Shown here piece by piece: positions 12,570 to 25,227 of a DNA stretch of 64,000 nt. The position numbers and the translations under genes were made by a program. The stretch covers positions 313,472,001-313,536,000 of the forward strand of contig OZ024740.1 in assembly GCA_964016885.1 (NCBI GenBank), written 5' to 3'. The stretch comes from Eledone cirrhosa. Taxonomy: Eukaryota. The notes below the pieces were generated by a model. The model ran no database searches, was not told the DNA's origin, and saw nothing but the letters and a program-made list of their open reading frames with translations. Each line of letters starts with the position of its first letter. Position 1 is the stretch's first letter.

Positions 12570-13155
12570 GCTCCAACGACGTCCACCACTACACACAAAC
12601 CTACTACCATCACCACTACTACCATTCCCACCACCACTACACAAACCTACCACTCCCACTCCCACTCCCAGTCCCAGTCCCACCACCACCACCACCACCA
12701 CTACCACCACCGCCACCACAACTATTAGCAATACATCACTATTCCAACAAACTTTAATAGTACCATGTATGTCACCACCAACGCAACCACCATTCATGAT
12801 ACCACAATCAACATCTTCTATTATCAACACTAGTGCTACGACGACCACAACCATCACCACCACCACCACCACAAAAACTACAATGTTGCCAGCAGCAGTA
12901 GCACCCCCTCCCCACCACTACCACCACTACCACCACCACCACTATTACCGACGCCGACGCCAACACCATTATGATCCGATTTACAGACCTCATTAGACTT
13001 CTTCATAATGTGCCTGGAACAGAGCTGAACGGCTTCGGTTTTCACTGCCCTTGTAGTTGGGCCTTCAACATTCTAGTAGTGTACAATGAAGTGGATAACA
13101 ACAACAACAACAACAACAACAATAATAATAATGACAACAACGACAACAATAATAA
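12570..13155. repeat. Low-complexity (ACC)n/(AAC)n region
   Basis: Direct reading. Confidence 0.85.
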
Positions 13156-13333
13156 TTGTGTCTACTTTAGGCACAAGGCTAGCAATTAACCAGTGCATTA
13201 CTGGTACTTTATTTTATCGACCCCGTAAGGATGAAAGGCAAAGTCAACCTCGGCGGGATTTGAACTCAGATCGTAAAGGGACGTAACTATGCTGGAAAGC
13301 ATGGCGTCCGACCCTCTACCGATACTGCCAATC
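13156..13333 (-). mobile_element. tRNA-derived SINE (octopus-type family)
   Basis: rc contains B-box GAGTTCAAATCC and the core ttgcctttcatcct..ggggtcgataaaataaagtaccagt seen in many copies in the window. Confidence 0.8.
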
Positions 13334-13368
13334 CAGAAAAATAATAATGTTAATGATATGTGTGTGTA

Positions 13369-13559
<191 letters not shown>

Positions 13560-13822
13560 GGAAAAAATGAAAAGAAATTTCATTTCCCTCTCTTAGTACG
13601 GCTGTTACTTAAATATAAGTATGTACACGTACATACATATATGATTACAGACGTACAGTAGTATGTATATATATATATACATACATGCACACATATATAT
13701 ATGTACGTATGGATTCACCGAACATTTATTATAAAGCTCGGTGTGTTTGTAAACAAACATCCCGTATTAAGCAGTAGTGTCCATCAACCATCGTTGCTCG
13801 TATGTTCAACACTGACAAAGGA

Positions 13823-13865
13823 ACGCTGTACTAGTTTCAAGCTTATTAGCTATCGTCAGCAACGT
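13823..13865 (-). ncRNA. Type I hammerhead ribozyme
   Basis: rc: acgttg CTGACGA t-agct-aata-agct-t GAAA cta GTA cagcgt; palindromic stem III (ctag); 6-bp stem I. Confidence 0.85.
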
Positions 13866-14246
13866 ATACCTTCCTGCCAGATTGTTGAACGTATATACTT
13901 ACCTTATGCATATTAACGGCTGAGTAGCCCAATTTGCATATCGAGTGGGTTAATCGGCCGGGTGCACCGAAAACGATAAACGGAAAAAATGAAACGAAAT
14001 TTCATTTCCCACTCTTAGTACGGCTGTTACTTAAATATAAGTATGTACACGTACATACATATATGTATACAGACGTACAGTAGTATGTATACATATATAC
14101 ATACATGCACACATATATATATATATGTACGTATGGATTCACCGAACATTTATTATAATGCTCGGTGTGTTTGTAAACAAACATTCCGTATTATGCCGTA
14201 GTGTCCAGCAACCATCGTTGCTCGTTTGTTCAACACTGACAAAGGA

Positions 14247-14289
14247 ACGCTGTACTAGTTTCAAGCTAATTAGCTATCGTCAGCAACGT
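14247..14289 (-). ncRNA. Type I hammerhead ribozyme (second unit)
   Basis: Same motif, 424 bp from the first. Confidence 0.85.
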
Positions 14290-14729
14290 ATACCTTCCTG
14301 CCAGATTGTTGAACGTATATACTTACCTAGTACAGCGTTCCTTTGTCAGTGTTGAACAAACGAGCAACGATGGTTGCTGGACACTACGGCTTAATACGGG
14401 ATGTTTGTTTACAAACACACCGAGCATTACAATAAATGTTCGGTGAATCTATACGTACACATATATATATATATGTGTGCATGTATGTATATATATATAC
14501 ATACTACTGTACGTCTGTATACATATATGTATGTACGTGTACATACTTATATTTAAGTAACAGCCGTACTAAGATTGGGAAATGAAATTTCGTTTCATTT
14601 TTTCCGTTTATCGTATTCGGTGCACCCGGCCGATTAACCCACTCGATATGCAAACTGGGGTACTCAGCCATTAATATGCATAAGGAAAGTATATACTTTC
14701 GGACGTTCAACTATCTGACAGGAAGGTAT

Positions 14730-14772
14730 ACGTTGATGACGATAGCTAACAAGCCTGAAACTAGTACAGCGT
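14730..14772 (+). ncRNA. Hammerhead ribozyme copy with C3>A core mutation (inverted arm)
   Basis: acgttg ATGACGA tagct-aaca-agcct GAAA cta GTA cagcgt. Confidence 0.65.
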
Positions 14773-15038
14773 TCCTTTGTCAGTGTTGAACAAACGAGCA
14801 ACGATGGTTGCTGGACACTACGGCTTAATACGGGATGTTTGTTTACAAACACACCGAGCATTATAATAAATGTTCGGTGAATCCATACGTACATATATAT
14901 ATGTGTGCATGTATGTATATATATACACATACTACTGTACGTCTGTATACATATATGTATGAACGTGTACATACTTATATATATATATAAGATAAAAATA
15001 CTTGAGTGCATTGTACATACTTATATATATATATATAA

Positions 15039-15255
15039 AACGAAGGAATTGTGGTAAGGAACCAGCTGGACCATAACGCACCAGAGTCCTCAAATTTTAG
15101 GGTAGTAGAGTGGGTAATAGGAAAAAGTATGACCCCGACGGCAGAGCTCAAGCCGTTTCGACGTCTATTTCTGGACTAAATTAGAATTCTAATTTAGTCC
15201 AGAAATAGCCGTCGAAACGGCTTGAGCTCTGCCGTCGGGGTCATACTTTTTCCTA
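15039..15255. mobile_element. PLE-like 3' end with ~138-bp palindrome; related copies at 16600-16660, 20351-20402, 49733-49845, 57325-57530, 57609-57820
   Basis: Shared tail aacgaagga..gtggtaaggaaccag..gagtactcaatactta; palindrome 15118-15255; (TA)n flanks. Confidence 0.7.
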
Positions 15256-15356
15256 TATATATATATAGTAATAATAATAAATATGAAAACGAAAATCCGA
15301 AGAGGGCTCGATAAGGATAATATGTATTTAAAATATATAAAAAACCGTAGAGCAAA

Positions 15357-15490
15357 TATTTATTAAAATAACAGATTAAAGTTTAAGCAAAGAATCGCTG
15401 CTTTCATCCTTAACGGAATTTTCAGAAGATCCCGTTAAGGGTGAAAGCACCGATTCTTTGCTTAAACTTTAATCTGTTATTTAATAAATA
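15357..15490. repeat. Palindromic mini-element centred at 15424 on an HHR-like core; relatives at 15593-15690 and 23977-24040
   Basis: Arms are reverse complements; gaagatccc-gttaa-gggt-GAAA. Confidence 0.7.
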
Positions 15491-15691
15491 TATATACATA
15501 TGTGCGCGCGCGCGCGCGTGTGTGTATGTGTATGCATGTATGTATGTACATTTATATACATATATATATATATTTATATACATATATATATATATTAAAA
15601 TAACAGATTAAAGTTGAAGCAAGGAATCGCCGCTTTCACCCTTAACGGGATCTTTGCTTAAACTTTAATTTGTTATTTAATAAATAAATAG

Positions 15692-15724
<33 letters not shown>

Positions 15725-15734
<10 letters not shown>

Positions 15735-16263
15735 GGTGTGACACACGAGTTGTGATATATTAGTAAAAAGGAAAAGAAAATTCTGACAAATTTTTCCCAG
15801 TGAAAAATAGTTTAATTAGGAATAAGTATAAATTAGTAATTGTTTCTACTTTAGGCACAAGGCCAGCAATTACCCAGTACATTACTGGTACTTTATTTTA
15901 TCGACCCCGTAAGTATGAAAGGCAACGTTAACCTCGGTGGGATTTGAACTCAGACTGTAAAGGGACGTAACTATGCTAGAAAGCATGGCGTCCAACCTTC
16001 TACCGATACTGCCAATTAGTAATAAGTATTGGTTAGTATTCAGTTTTAGCTTTAAGTTTTTACCGGTTGCGCATTTCTAATGCTTTTCAAAAATAATTTT
16101 GAGATAGAGCGCTCGTGATGTTTGCTCTAATATGTTAGATTAGATTAGAGCAAACATCACGAGCTCTTATTTATACTTATCCCTAATTAAACTATTTATA
16201 CTTATTCCTAATTAAACTATTTTTCACTGGGAAACATTTTTCAGCATTTTCTTTTCCTTTTTA

Positions 16264-16270
<7 letters not shown>
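15725..16270 (-). mobile_element. PLE pLTR fragment with inverted duplication, interrupted by a SINE; same family as 53395-53580 and 62665-62832
   Basis: Shared sequence with the Neptune-like element 3' end; inverted arms; variant HHR at 16057-16092. Confidence 0.75.
15841..16013 (-). mobile_element. tRNA-derived SINE with 10-bp target-site duplication
   Basis: aattagtaat at 15831-15840 and 16014-16023; empty site visible at ~53467 and ~62771. Confidence 0.85.
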
Positions 16271-16345
<75 letters not shown>

Positions 16346-16423
16346 GGTTTGTTGGGTTCACCACTGGATAGAACTGGTCAGCCCCATGGATTTTATCTGT
16401 TATATTCCTTTGTTATATTTTGA

Positions 16424-16481
16424 ATACCTGATGATGTCACCGGATTCATACTGAACCCGGTCATTGAAATGATCATAGTAT
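16424..16481 (+). ncRNA. Type I hammerhead ribozyme in a ~190-bp element (16343-16532) inside (TA)n
   Basis: atac CTGATGA tg(tc)accgg..ccggtcat-t GAAA tgatc ATA gtat, then AATAAA; palindromic stem III tgatca. Confidence 0.8.
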
Positions 16482-16528
16482 AATAAACCTTTCAAGGATT
16501 TACACCAGTCCAGCCTCCTGTTATTTTA

Positions 16529-16601
<73 letters not shown>

Positions 16602-16934
16602 CGAAGGAAGTGTGGTAAGGAACCAGATGAACCATAACGCACCAGAGTACTCAATACTTAAATCAATGCACATGTTGTAGCGCTCCAGCTAAGAAATCCC
16701 ACTAAGACCCCTTCAGTTCTACCCGAGTGTAGAGTAGACTGCTCGAACTAGGACGTACACCATGGAAATACCAACAACACAGCTACCAAAGGTCACCACA
16801 TATATCAATTGAACATTTAGCTCACTAGCGACACAGGGTACACAGAGAAGAAAACTCCCCAGACTCATTGACTCCACGTTTTATACATTTTCTTATTTCG
16901 ACGTCTTATTTTTCATCTACTAATAGTGTTTTAA

Positions 16935-17090
16935 TAGGCGGCGAACTGGTAGAGTGGTTAGGACGCCGGATAGAATACTTTGCGGTATTTGTTTCGGCTC
17001 TCTGCTCCCTGAGTTCAAATCCCGTCATTGTCAACTTTCTCTTTCATTCATTCGAGGTAGATAATAAAGTACCAGTCTAGTACTGGGGTA
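16935..17090 (+). mobile_element. Diverged tRNA-derived SINE
   Basis: A-box-like ggtagagtggttag, B-box gagttcaaatcc, family core. Confidence 0.7.
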
Positions 17091-19316
17091 GATTCTTCCT
17101 CTATATTTCTTTCTCACTCCATTCTCTCGCTCTCTCTATCCTTCTTTGGAAGAAATATGCTGTATTCAGACCTACAGAGGAGATAGACTCCTCCATGTTT
17201 TTAAAATGTCCTAGAAACGACGTATGTCAATATGGCGTCCCTACGACTCCCAGAAGAGTTACCTACCACAATATTATTCCATTGTGTTAAAGATTTTGAT
17301 TATGTCGTTAGTTTTATTTCATAGGTTGTTTAAAACTTAAACACTCGAACACACAAACATCTTGACAAGCTGTATAATGTCATAGATTAGATTTTCCTGT
17401 AATTTCTTTTTCTTTACGAAAACCAAGCGACATACCATCTCCGTCTTCTTCTAAATATTTAAAATTCACTGACGACAAGTTTATTAATCTCTCCCCTCCA
17501 GAAGAAATTTAAAAAAAAGAAGAAGAAAATAGGGAGTATCGTTGATAACAAAAGCGTTGGAATTATTCCATAAAATCCGAACTTAAAAAGAAGTAAGCAG
17601 CTTGAGAAAGTATTCAGGTCAGACATATGAGAAGCCAAAGGGCTAGGACTAAACAAGGGATAACCTCTAAGATCTTTACATTTGCATGTTTATATAACAC
17701 CTAACTTGTTTATTTAATAGTTCTTACCTCAGATATCATGACGGCTTTAAAAGCAGGACTTCTGTCGAATTTTGTTAGTTGACGCCACTTCACAGGAATT
17801 CAATGTTAATATTCAACAAACTTCTCCTCCTTCTTCTTCTCAGTTACTTCAAACATGAAACGATTCAGTTCCGTAGGTTCTTTGTTATTTCATTTGTTTA
17901 AAACACTTATAATACCACAAATACATAAAATTAACGCAAATAAGGTCTTTCACTATATTTTGCAAAGAGAGTGGCCTTGAACATTTGATCCTTCGAGTCA
18001 AAATCTGTCCTTTAATTATAAACATGCCTCTATTTTTAGCCCTCTCCTAAAAAAAGAAAAGGCAAAAATTTGTCGACGGTATCCGCAACATGGAACAACC
18101 ACAGCTGCTTGCCCGCCAGGAAAAACAAAAACAACAACAACAACAAAAAAGGCTATTCTCATAAATATATATAATTCTGAGGACAAGAAGACAAGTAAAA
18201 ACTGGAATTTGTCCGGCCGCTTCCCCTTTGCACCGGTCGTTGTCGAGATTTCAGCCCCTCTGGAAAATCGGGACGTCAACATCTCGTCTGAGGAATCATC
18301 CTAGGGAGATAGGGTGACTGTTGCAGCGGGTGTTGTTTGTTTTATATTTTTTAACATTTCCATCATTTACTCTTTTACCTGTTCCAGCCATCCGGCTGAG
18401 GCCATGCTGGGGCACCGCCCTTACACTGTACAACTTCTATTTGTAAAATGTAGTAACCATTAAATAAAAAGGTATATATATTTCTATAATCTAGGCAATA
18501 TTGAGTTTTGTTTTCCTCATTTTTGTGATTTCTATTTTTGCTCGGTTCAAGAGTATATGTTCTTTATAGACATATATTACTTTCCGATATATTTCTGTTC
18601 TTGTGACATCAGGCCGTCTGTATAGTATCTTATTTTATTTTTAATTTGGTGAAATAATATTGTTTTCCGTCCCCACAGGTGTTGATTCTGGTCTTCCTAA
18701 CATTTCTATGAAAGTTGCTGCCATAATCTCATTAGTGTATTTCAGGTGTTTCGTCCAGAAAATATGTGTCGTTGTGTTGTATGCATGAAATACTTCAATG
18801 TAGGATCCATTGGTCCAGCGTTCTAGCTTAATTATATTTATATCTTGGTTATTTCACATTAAGAGACGGATCCTTCTGTTCGGAGTTAATCTTTTAAGAG
18901 GAAACCGCTTTTAAAATATGTTACGAGGATTGTTTTCGTATAGTGATGGCAATAAACTCACATACGAAATTGATCATCATTTTTGTAGGCATAGTTGAAT
19001 TGTTTTGTGGTGTTATTTAATAGTGCAGATTTTATTTTAAGATTTCCTGTTTTGTGTTGTTATATTCAAATGTCCGTTTCCCTTTGTTTCGATTTTTTTT
19101 CAAGTGTGTTGTATATATGTTGTTCGAGTGTAAGCTGCATGAAATAAACAGTAAATTATGGTTTCAGTAATCACATGTAATAAGTGTGATAAATGTACTT
19201 TCTAGGATAGTTCCATTTTGTTTTCTTTGAATTCTGAAGCTTATTTTGTATCTTGTTTGTCCTGCATGCTGACCTCATTTACACACATGTTGTATGTTAT
19301 TTCAACTATATAGCTT

Positions 19317-19592
19317 AACAGTTCCCAACATGGGGTCCGCGGACCCGTGGGGGTTCACAAATGTAGCGCTGGGAGTTCAGGAGCTGAGTTCAAAATTTCA
19401 AGTACTTTGTTCAAAACATGATACGCACATGCAGTTGGGTTGCCATTCTTCTCTAATTATAACCATTTATATATCTGATTGTTATTCTTGCCGTATAGCA
19501 ATCTGGGAGGGGAATAATTATTGTGCGGTTCGTGGGAAAATTCATTTAGATAAAAGGGCTTTTTTTTATAGTGAAAAGGTTGGGAACTATTG
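19317..19592. mobile_element. hAT-like MITE
   Basis: Terminal inverted ends cagttcccaac..gttgggaactattg; ggggtccgcggaccc subterminal hairpin. Confidence 0.55.
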
Positions 19593-21103
19593 ATATACTT
19601 TATGTGATAATTTCAAGTAATGCATAAAATAATTATCCGCAATATATACTACGAGGGTTCATAAAAAATCACTTTCGTAATATTTTTAAAAATTTGTATT
19701 GGATTTAGTTGATGTTATCAGATTTATTTACGGAGAGATATATTTCCAGCCATTCATGATGTTCTATCAGAAACTGTAATCAGATTCAAACCATGTGACT
19801 AAGTCACGATGTTAATAAATTACTGTGGGATATCTGCGAAAGAACGGGATATGCCTATAACTTGAATAATGAGAGCAAAAGGGATATGGCAGCAGTAGAG
19901 GTTGACCAAGCAACTTAGAAAGTAATCAATACATTATATTTTGAATTATTATCTTTACAATGAATAACAGCTTCTGATTTAGACACAAGGCCAATAATAT
20001 TTGAGGGAGGTGAAAGTCGATTGAATCGAGCCCGCAAGGATGAAAGGCAAAGCTAACCTCGGCAAGATTTGAACTCAGAAGGTAAAGAGCCGTAACTATA
20101 TTCTACAAAGATCTTTACATTATATAATGTACGAATTCAAAGAACGGAAATATTTTCTGTATATAGTCCTTACAATTTGATATTGAAAGTATCAAATTAT
20201 ATCTTTGATATCCTTCCTTACTTATGTATGATGACAGTTAACAGTCAATCGACGGGATCAGTTTTCACCAGTTGTGCAAGAACAAGACTTAAAAATAAAG
20301 TAGCTACCACCAGTTATATTATGAACGAATACACACCCCTATATATATATATTAGCCGTCGAAACGGCTTGAGCTCAGCCGTCGGGGTCCTACTCGTTTC
20401 TATATATATATATAAAGAAAAAAGATGAAATCGAAAATACAACTGGAGTCTTATTTAAAAAAATATATATATTTATTTGGTTCCTTTACCGGCTTCGCAG
20501 TTCTTCTGCTTTTCAAAAGGTGAGTTGAGATGGAGGGTCTGTGGTTTTTCTCACATCTGGTTGGTCTCTGAATGTTACTTGTTTTATATGGAAAAAGTGG
20601 CACGAAATGCCAGGTTTTTCGAGAAGTAATTTGATTGGTTGGTCAATAATTATAATAAATTTCGCGCCAGTTCGCGTTACAAAGTTCTTCAAACAAGGGG
20701 GGGGGGGGGGGTCACAGGTTGTTTTTTCATATATGAGTGTTTGAATTTTTTTTTACTTAAAAAAAGGGGGGCTCACGAAGGCTTTTTTTAAATAAACGTA
20801 AATTGATTGGTTATAAATGAAATTATGGCTGTCACGTGAACAAGTTTTCATTAAATGTTCGAGAATTTTATGATAAGTAAAAGATAATGGGATGGGAGAA
20901 TTGTTCTGGTTCAGTGAATATGGTTAGTTCGCTGGGGTGTCAGAATTCAGATTTTCTATTGAATAAAGAAAGTAAAGATATGTATGTTTATTTGTGTGCT
21001 TGTGTGTGTGTGTGCGTGTGTGTGTTGTGTGTGTGTGTTTGAATTTCTTTTTACTTAAAAAAAAAAAATAAAAAAAAGGGGGCTCACGAAGGCTTATTTT
21101 TTA

Positions 21104-21400
21104 ATAATCAACCTTTCAAATACAAACCTCTCAACCCAACAAGTAAATATTCTCTCCAGAGGACTGAAATTCACACCAACACCACAATACTCTAACCCCA
21201 ATGAGATAAATGATGATATCTCACACTTCTGTAGAAAATTACGTCTCACAGAGGAATTCTTTGACAAGGAGAATAACGACGAATCAATTGTACGGAATAA
21301 AAGCAGTTACAACCCAACAAAAGGTAGAAACAGAGTTCTGGACAAATTTTGTGACCACATAGCTACCTTCCCATACCATGAACTACCTCAACCTAAACCC
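21104..21400 (+). pseudogene. PLE N-terminal domain fragment
   Basis: IINLSNTNLSTQQVNILSRGLKFTPTP..FCRKLRL (the L.KGL.F.P motif typical of PLE N-termini). Confidence 0.8.
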
Positions 21401-21877
21401 TTTATTCAATAGAAAATCTGAATTCTGACACCCCAGCGAACTAACCATATTCACTGAACCAGAACAATTCTCCCATCCCATTATCTTTTACTTATCATAA
21501 AATTCTCTAAAAAGGCTACAGAATGGATTTCCAAATAAGGTCGCGAAAATTTAATGAAAACTTGTTCACGTGACAGCCATAATTTCATTTATAACCAATT
21601 AAATTACGTTTATTAAAAAAAAGCCTTCGTGAGCCCCTTTTTTTAAAGTAAAAAGAAATTCAAACACTCATATATGAAAAAACAACCTGTGACCTCCCCC
21701 TTTGTTTGAAGAACTTTGTAACGCGAACTCGCGCGAAATTTATTATAATTATTGACCAACCAATCAAATTACTTCTCGAAAAACCTGGCATTTCGAGCCA
21801 CTTTTTCCATATAAAACAAGTAACATTCAGAGACCAACCAGATGTGAGAAAAACCACAGACCCTCCATCTCAACTCA

Positions 21878-21915
21878 CCTTTTGAAAAGCAGAAGAACTG
21901 CGAAACCGGTAAAGG
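21878..21915 (+). ncRNA. Hammerhead ribozyme with U3-A8 core (mirror copy with GAAG at 20483-20520, minus strand)
   Basis: cctt TTGAAAA gcag-aagaa-ctgc GAAA ccg GTA aagg; palindromic stem III ccgg. Confidence 0.75.
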
Positions 21916-22593
21916 AACCAAATAAATATATATATCTTTTTAAAAATAAGACGCCAGTTGTATTTTCGATTTCATCTTTTTTTCTTTATACTTTCACTCG
22001 TGTAGGACACCTCGGTTATTTTTCATTTTGTAAAAAAAACCTCACTTTCTAATATATATATAAGGCGGCAACTAACTGCTTTTTTTAGCAATGAACTTAC
22101 TTGCCACCGGCCTACCATTCACAACAACTCTATCTTGACCACTAGCCACGTGATGATTTTCACCTCTTTTGAATTCGTTACTAACGGCGATCAATTTGGA
22201 AATTTCGGTCCTAACTGAGGGAGTTTCTTGAAGAGCTCAGAGCCTCATGGATAATGCAACGATTAGACATATCCACAAAGTACGAACGAAACTATCGATA
22301 ATCGGGACTAGGAGAATTTTTGGTAACGTTAATCTATTCTTTTCTTCAAACTTACATTTTAGACTTAGTTCCATTTAAATGTTTATTTGTTTAGTTAATT
22401 TCTACGGACTAAGAGGAAAGATTAGGTAAATTTTATCTAAATGTTCCTCATAAAGGAATATCGATAACATTTATCTGTTATTTCTTCAAAGTTACATTTT
22501 AAACTTAGCTCCGTTTAAATGATTATTTATCTGGTTAATTTCTACAGGCTAAGAGGAAAGAATTGGATAAGTTTTGTCTGACTATTCTTCAAA

Positions 22594-22636
<43 letters not shown>

Positions 22637-22997
22637 ATCCAAGTATCGGCCTCCGTGGGTGGTTTACCATTCGATTAATTGGTGAAATATATTTCTTTAA
22701 TGGAATATATACAGGGAAGATTAATCGTATTATAAGGTATCTATTTTTGAAGTTCTAGTTAACTGTATTTAGTTACCTACCTAGCTATGTGTGCTTACAC
22801 ACTTGTAAAAATTATCCCCTATGATTGTTTCATATGTTTATTTATATGTTAATCAATTTCTAGTTGTTATAAAATGCTCGGACCTACTCATTAGAATCTT
22901 GGAGCTTATTTTACGGGTGATATGGCGCATGCTTTTCTGGCATGACACCCATAATTTTGATTTAGATTAAATTCACTTTGATTTATCTTAATTTTGG

Positions 22998-23033
<36 letters not shown>

Positions 23034-23052
23034 AATTACAAAATATGAAGAA

Positions 23053-23230
23053 ATAATTGTTTCTACTTTTGGCACAAGGCCAGCAATTACTCCGTGCATT
23101 ACTGGTACTTTATTTTATCGACCCCGTAAGGATGAAAGGCAAAGTTAACTTCGGCGGGATTTGAACTCAGATCATAAAGGGCCGTAATTCTTTGCTGCAA
23201 AGCATGGCGTCCCTCTACCGATACTGCCAA
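23053..23230 (-). mobile_element. tRNA-derived SINE
   Basis: Family core and B-box. Confidence 0.8.
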
Positions 23231-23586
23231 TATGAGGAAATAATATACAAAAATATACCTATGTTTTCTTCAAAGTCCCGACTGCAGTTTCGCCGATCCA
23301 TGTGTAACGTTTTTCTGCACAATAAAAATGCATAATCGCAGTGAGGTTGATACAGATTATCAAGAGACCCCCCCAGAAAAAAGGACTGTTTCTTTCGTAG
23401 CAAGGTAGAATAACTCGAGAGGCGGAGACAATTAACACATGATACAGTGGTCACAGAAGGGTAGTAAGGTGGACAGTGAGCGAATAACGTATTTGCTAGA
23501 AAAAGCAGTTAGTTCACTCCTGGGTTAATATTAGAGTTTGGGACAACATAATAATGAAATAGACACACATATTCATATGTATATTC

Positions 23587-23691
<105 letters not shown>

Positions 23692-24033
23692 ATACTATAA
23701 AGCTGACGGCCATATGTAACACACTTTCCGCCAAGTGGCTGGACCAAACGGCACCAAATTTGCACCATAGATGTAACTTTTTTCAAGTAAGGAAGTGAGG
23801 GTATTTTTGTCTACTGAATTTTGTTAAAAGATTAAAGACATTATTTAAATATTTACTTCTTTAAAATTTTCAAATGTCAACACTTCCGGTTATACGACAT
23901 CCCGAACGTCTTCACGAACCAAAGTATTATCTTCCTGTTTTCTTTCGGTTGCAACGTTTTTCGAAATATTTACTTTTAGAAGATCCCGTTAAGGGTGAAA
24001 GCAGCGATTCTTTGCTTAAACTTTAATCTGTTA

Positions 24034-24069
<36 letters not shown>

Positions 24070-24367
24070 TATATTCGTGTACAGATATTTTTGCATACAC
24101 AAAAACAAAATATAAACAAACTTATTTATTTCACGAAAGCACAGACGGCTTATGATCATTGTTACTGCCGATATGCCACGCAAAAAGTCCTAGCCTGACC
24201 GCAAGATCAGATTTTCCAGAAGAAAAAAATATTATAACAAACGTATTTATTTCACGAAAGCACAGACGGCTTATCGTCATTGTTACTGCCGATATGCCAC
24301 CCAAAAAGTCCTAGCCTGGCGGCAAGATCAGATTTTCCAGAAGAAAAAAATGTTACTAGAGCAACAG

Positions 24368-24536
24368 AAAGACTAAGCTTCGCAATTGCCATCAACAAAG
24401 CTCAGGGTCCGGCTTTCATCTGGGAAAACCATGGTCAATTGTATGTAGGATGCTCTAGAGTGAGCTAGCCAAACAATCTCTTCATTTTTGCTCCCGAGGG
24501 CCGAACAAAAAATATTGTATACTCTGAGGCTCTAAC
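24368..24536 (+). pseudogene. Helitron Pif1-type helicase C-terminal fragment (within degenerate Helitron ~23690-24780)
   Basis: RLSFAIAINKAQG..HGQLYVGCSRV*..RTKNIVYSEAL; preceded by a ~120-bp tandem duplication (24120-24350). Confidence 0.75.
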
Positions 24537-25103
24537 AATGTAATTTATGTATTTTCTGTTACTTGGAATTTCCATTATGGTTGTACAAATTATTGTAAAG
24601 TTTGTTAAAAAATGTGTTCTCTGTTCAACCTTTATTGTTGTAACTATCAATTTTCTTTAACGTACTGGCTGAGAAAAGAAACCTACAATGAAAGAACATC
24701 TTAAAGTTTACCCAAGCCAAATGTATTTATTAACATTTCTATCTGCAGGTTCTTAGCAAGCTTACTGGCGCTTTAGTATGGTATTCAATTCTCATATCGT
24801 TTTTGATTGATATGGTGCATATATCGCATCTATTAATGTTTTAAACATTAGATAACAATTGCTGGTGTATATTGTACGACAAAATTAGGTGAAAAATATT
24901 TTGAATGAACAAATAAAAGAGATATAAAAGAGAGATGTTTGTTGGCTGGTTCCTTCGCGTATCACACGAAAAAAACGCAAAGTGACAATCGGAAAGTATG
25001 TACAGGATTGGGATAAGAGTATATCCAGGAAAGTTTATTGATACTAATTCTATAACACCAAAGAAAAAGAAAGACATACCACGTATGCTAACCAACCTGA
25101 CTG

Positions 25104-25227
<124 letters not shown>

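Larger units (their letters stand above)
20410..21990. mobile_element. Rearranged PLE: inverted pLTRs flanking the N-terminal ORF fragment
   Basis: 20410-20870 is rc of ~21545-21990; 20860-20966 is rc of 21401-21507; U3-A8 HHR in both arms. Confidence 0.85.
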
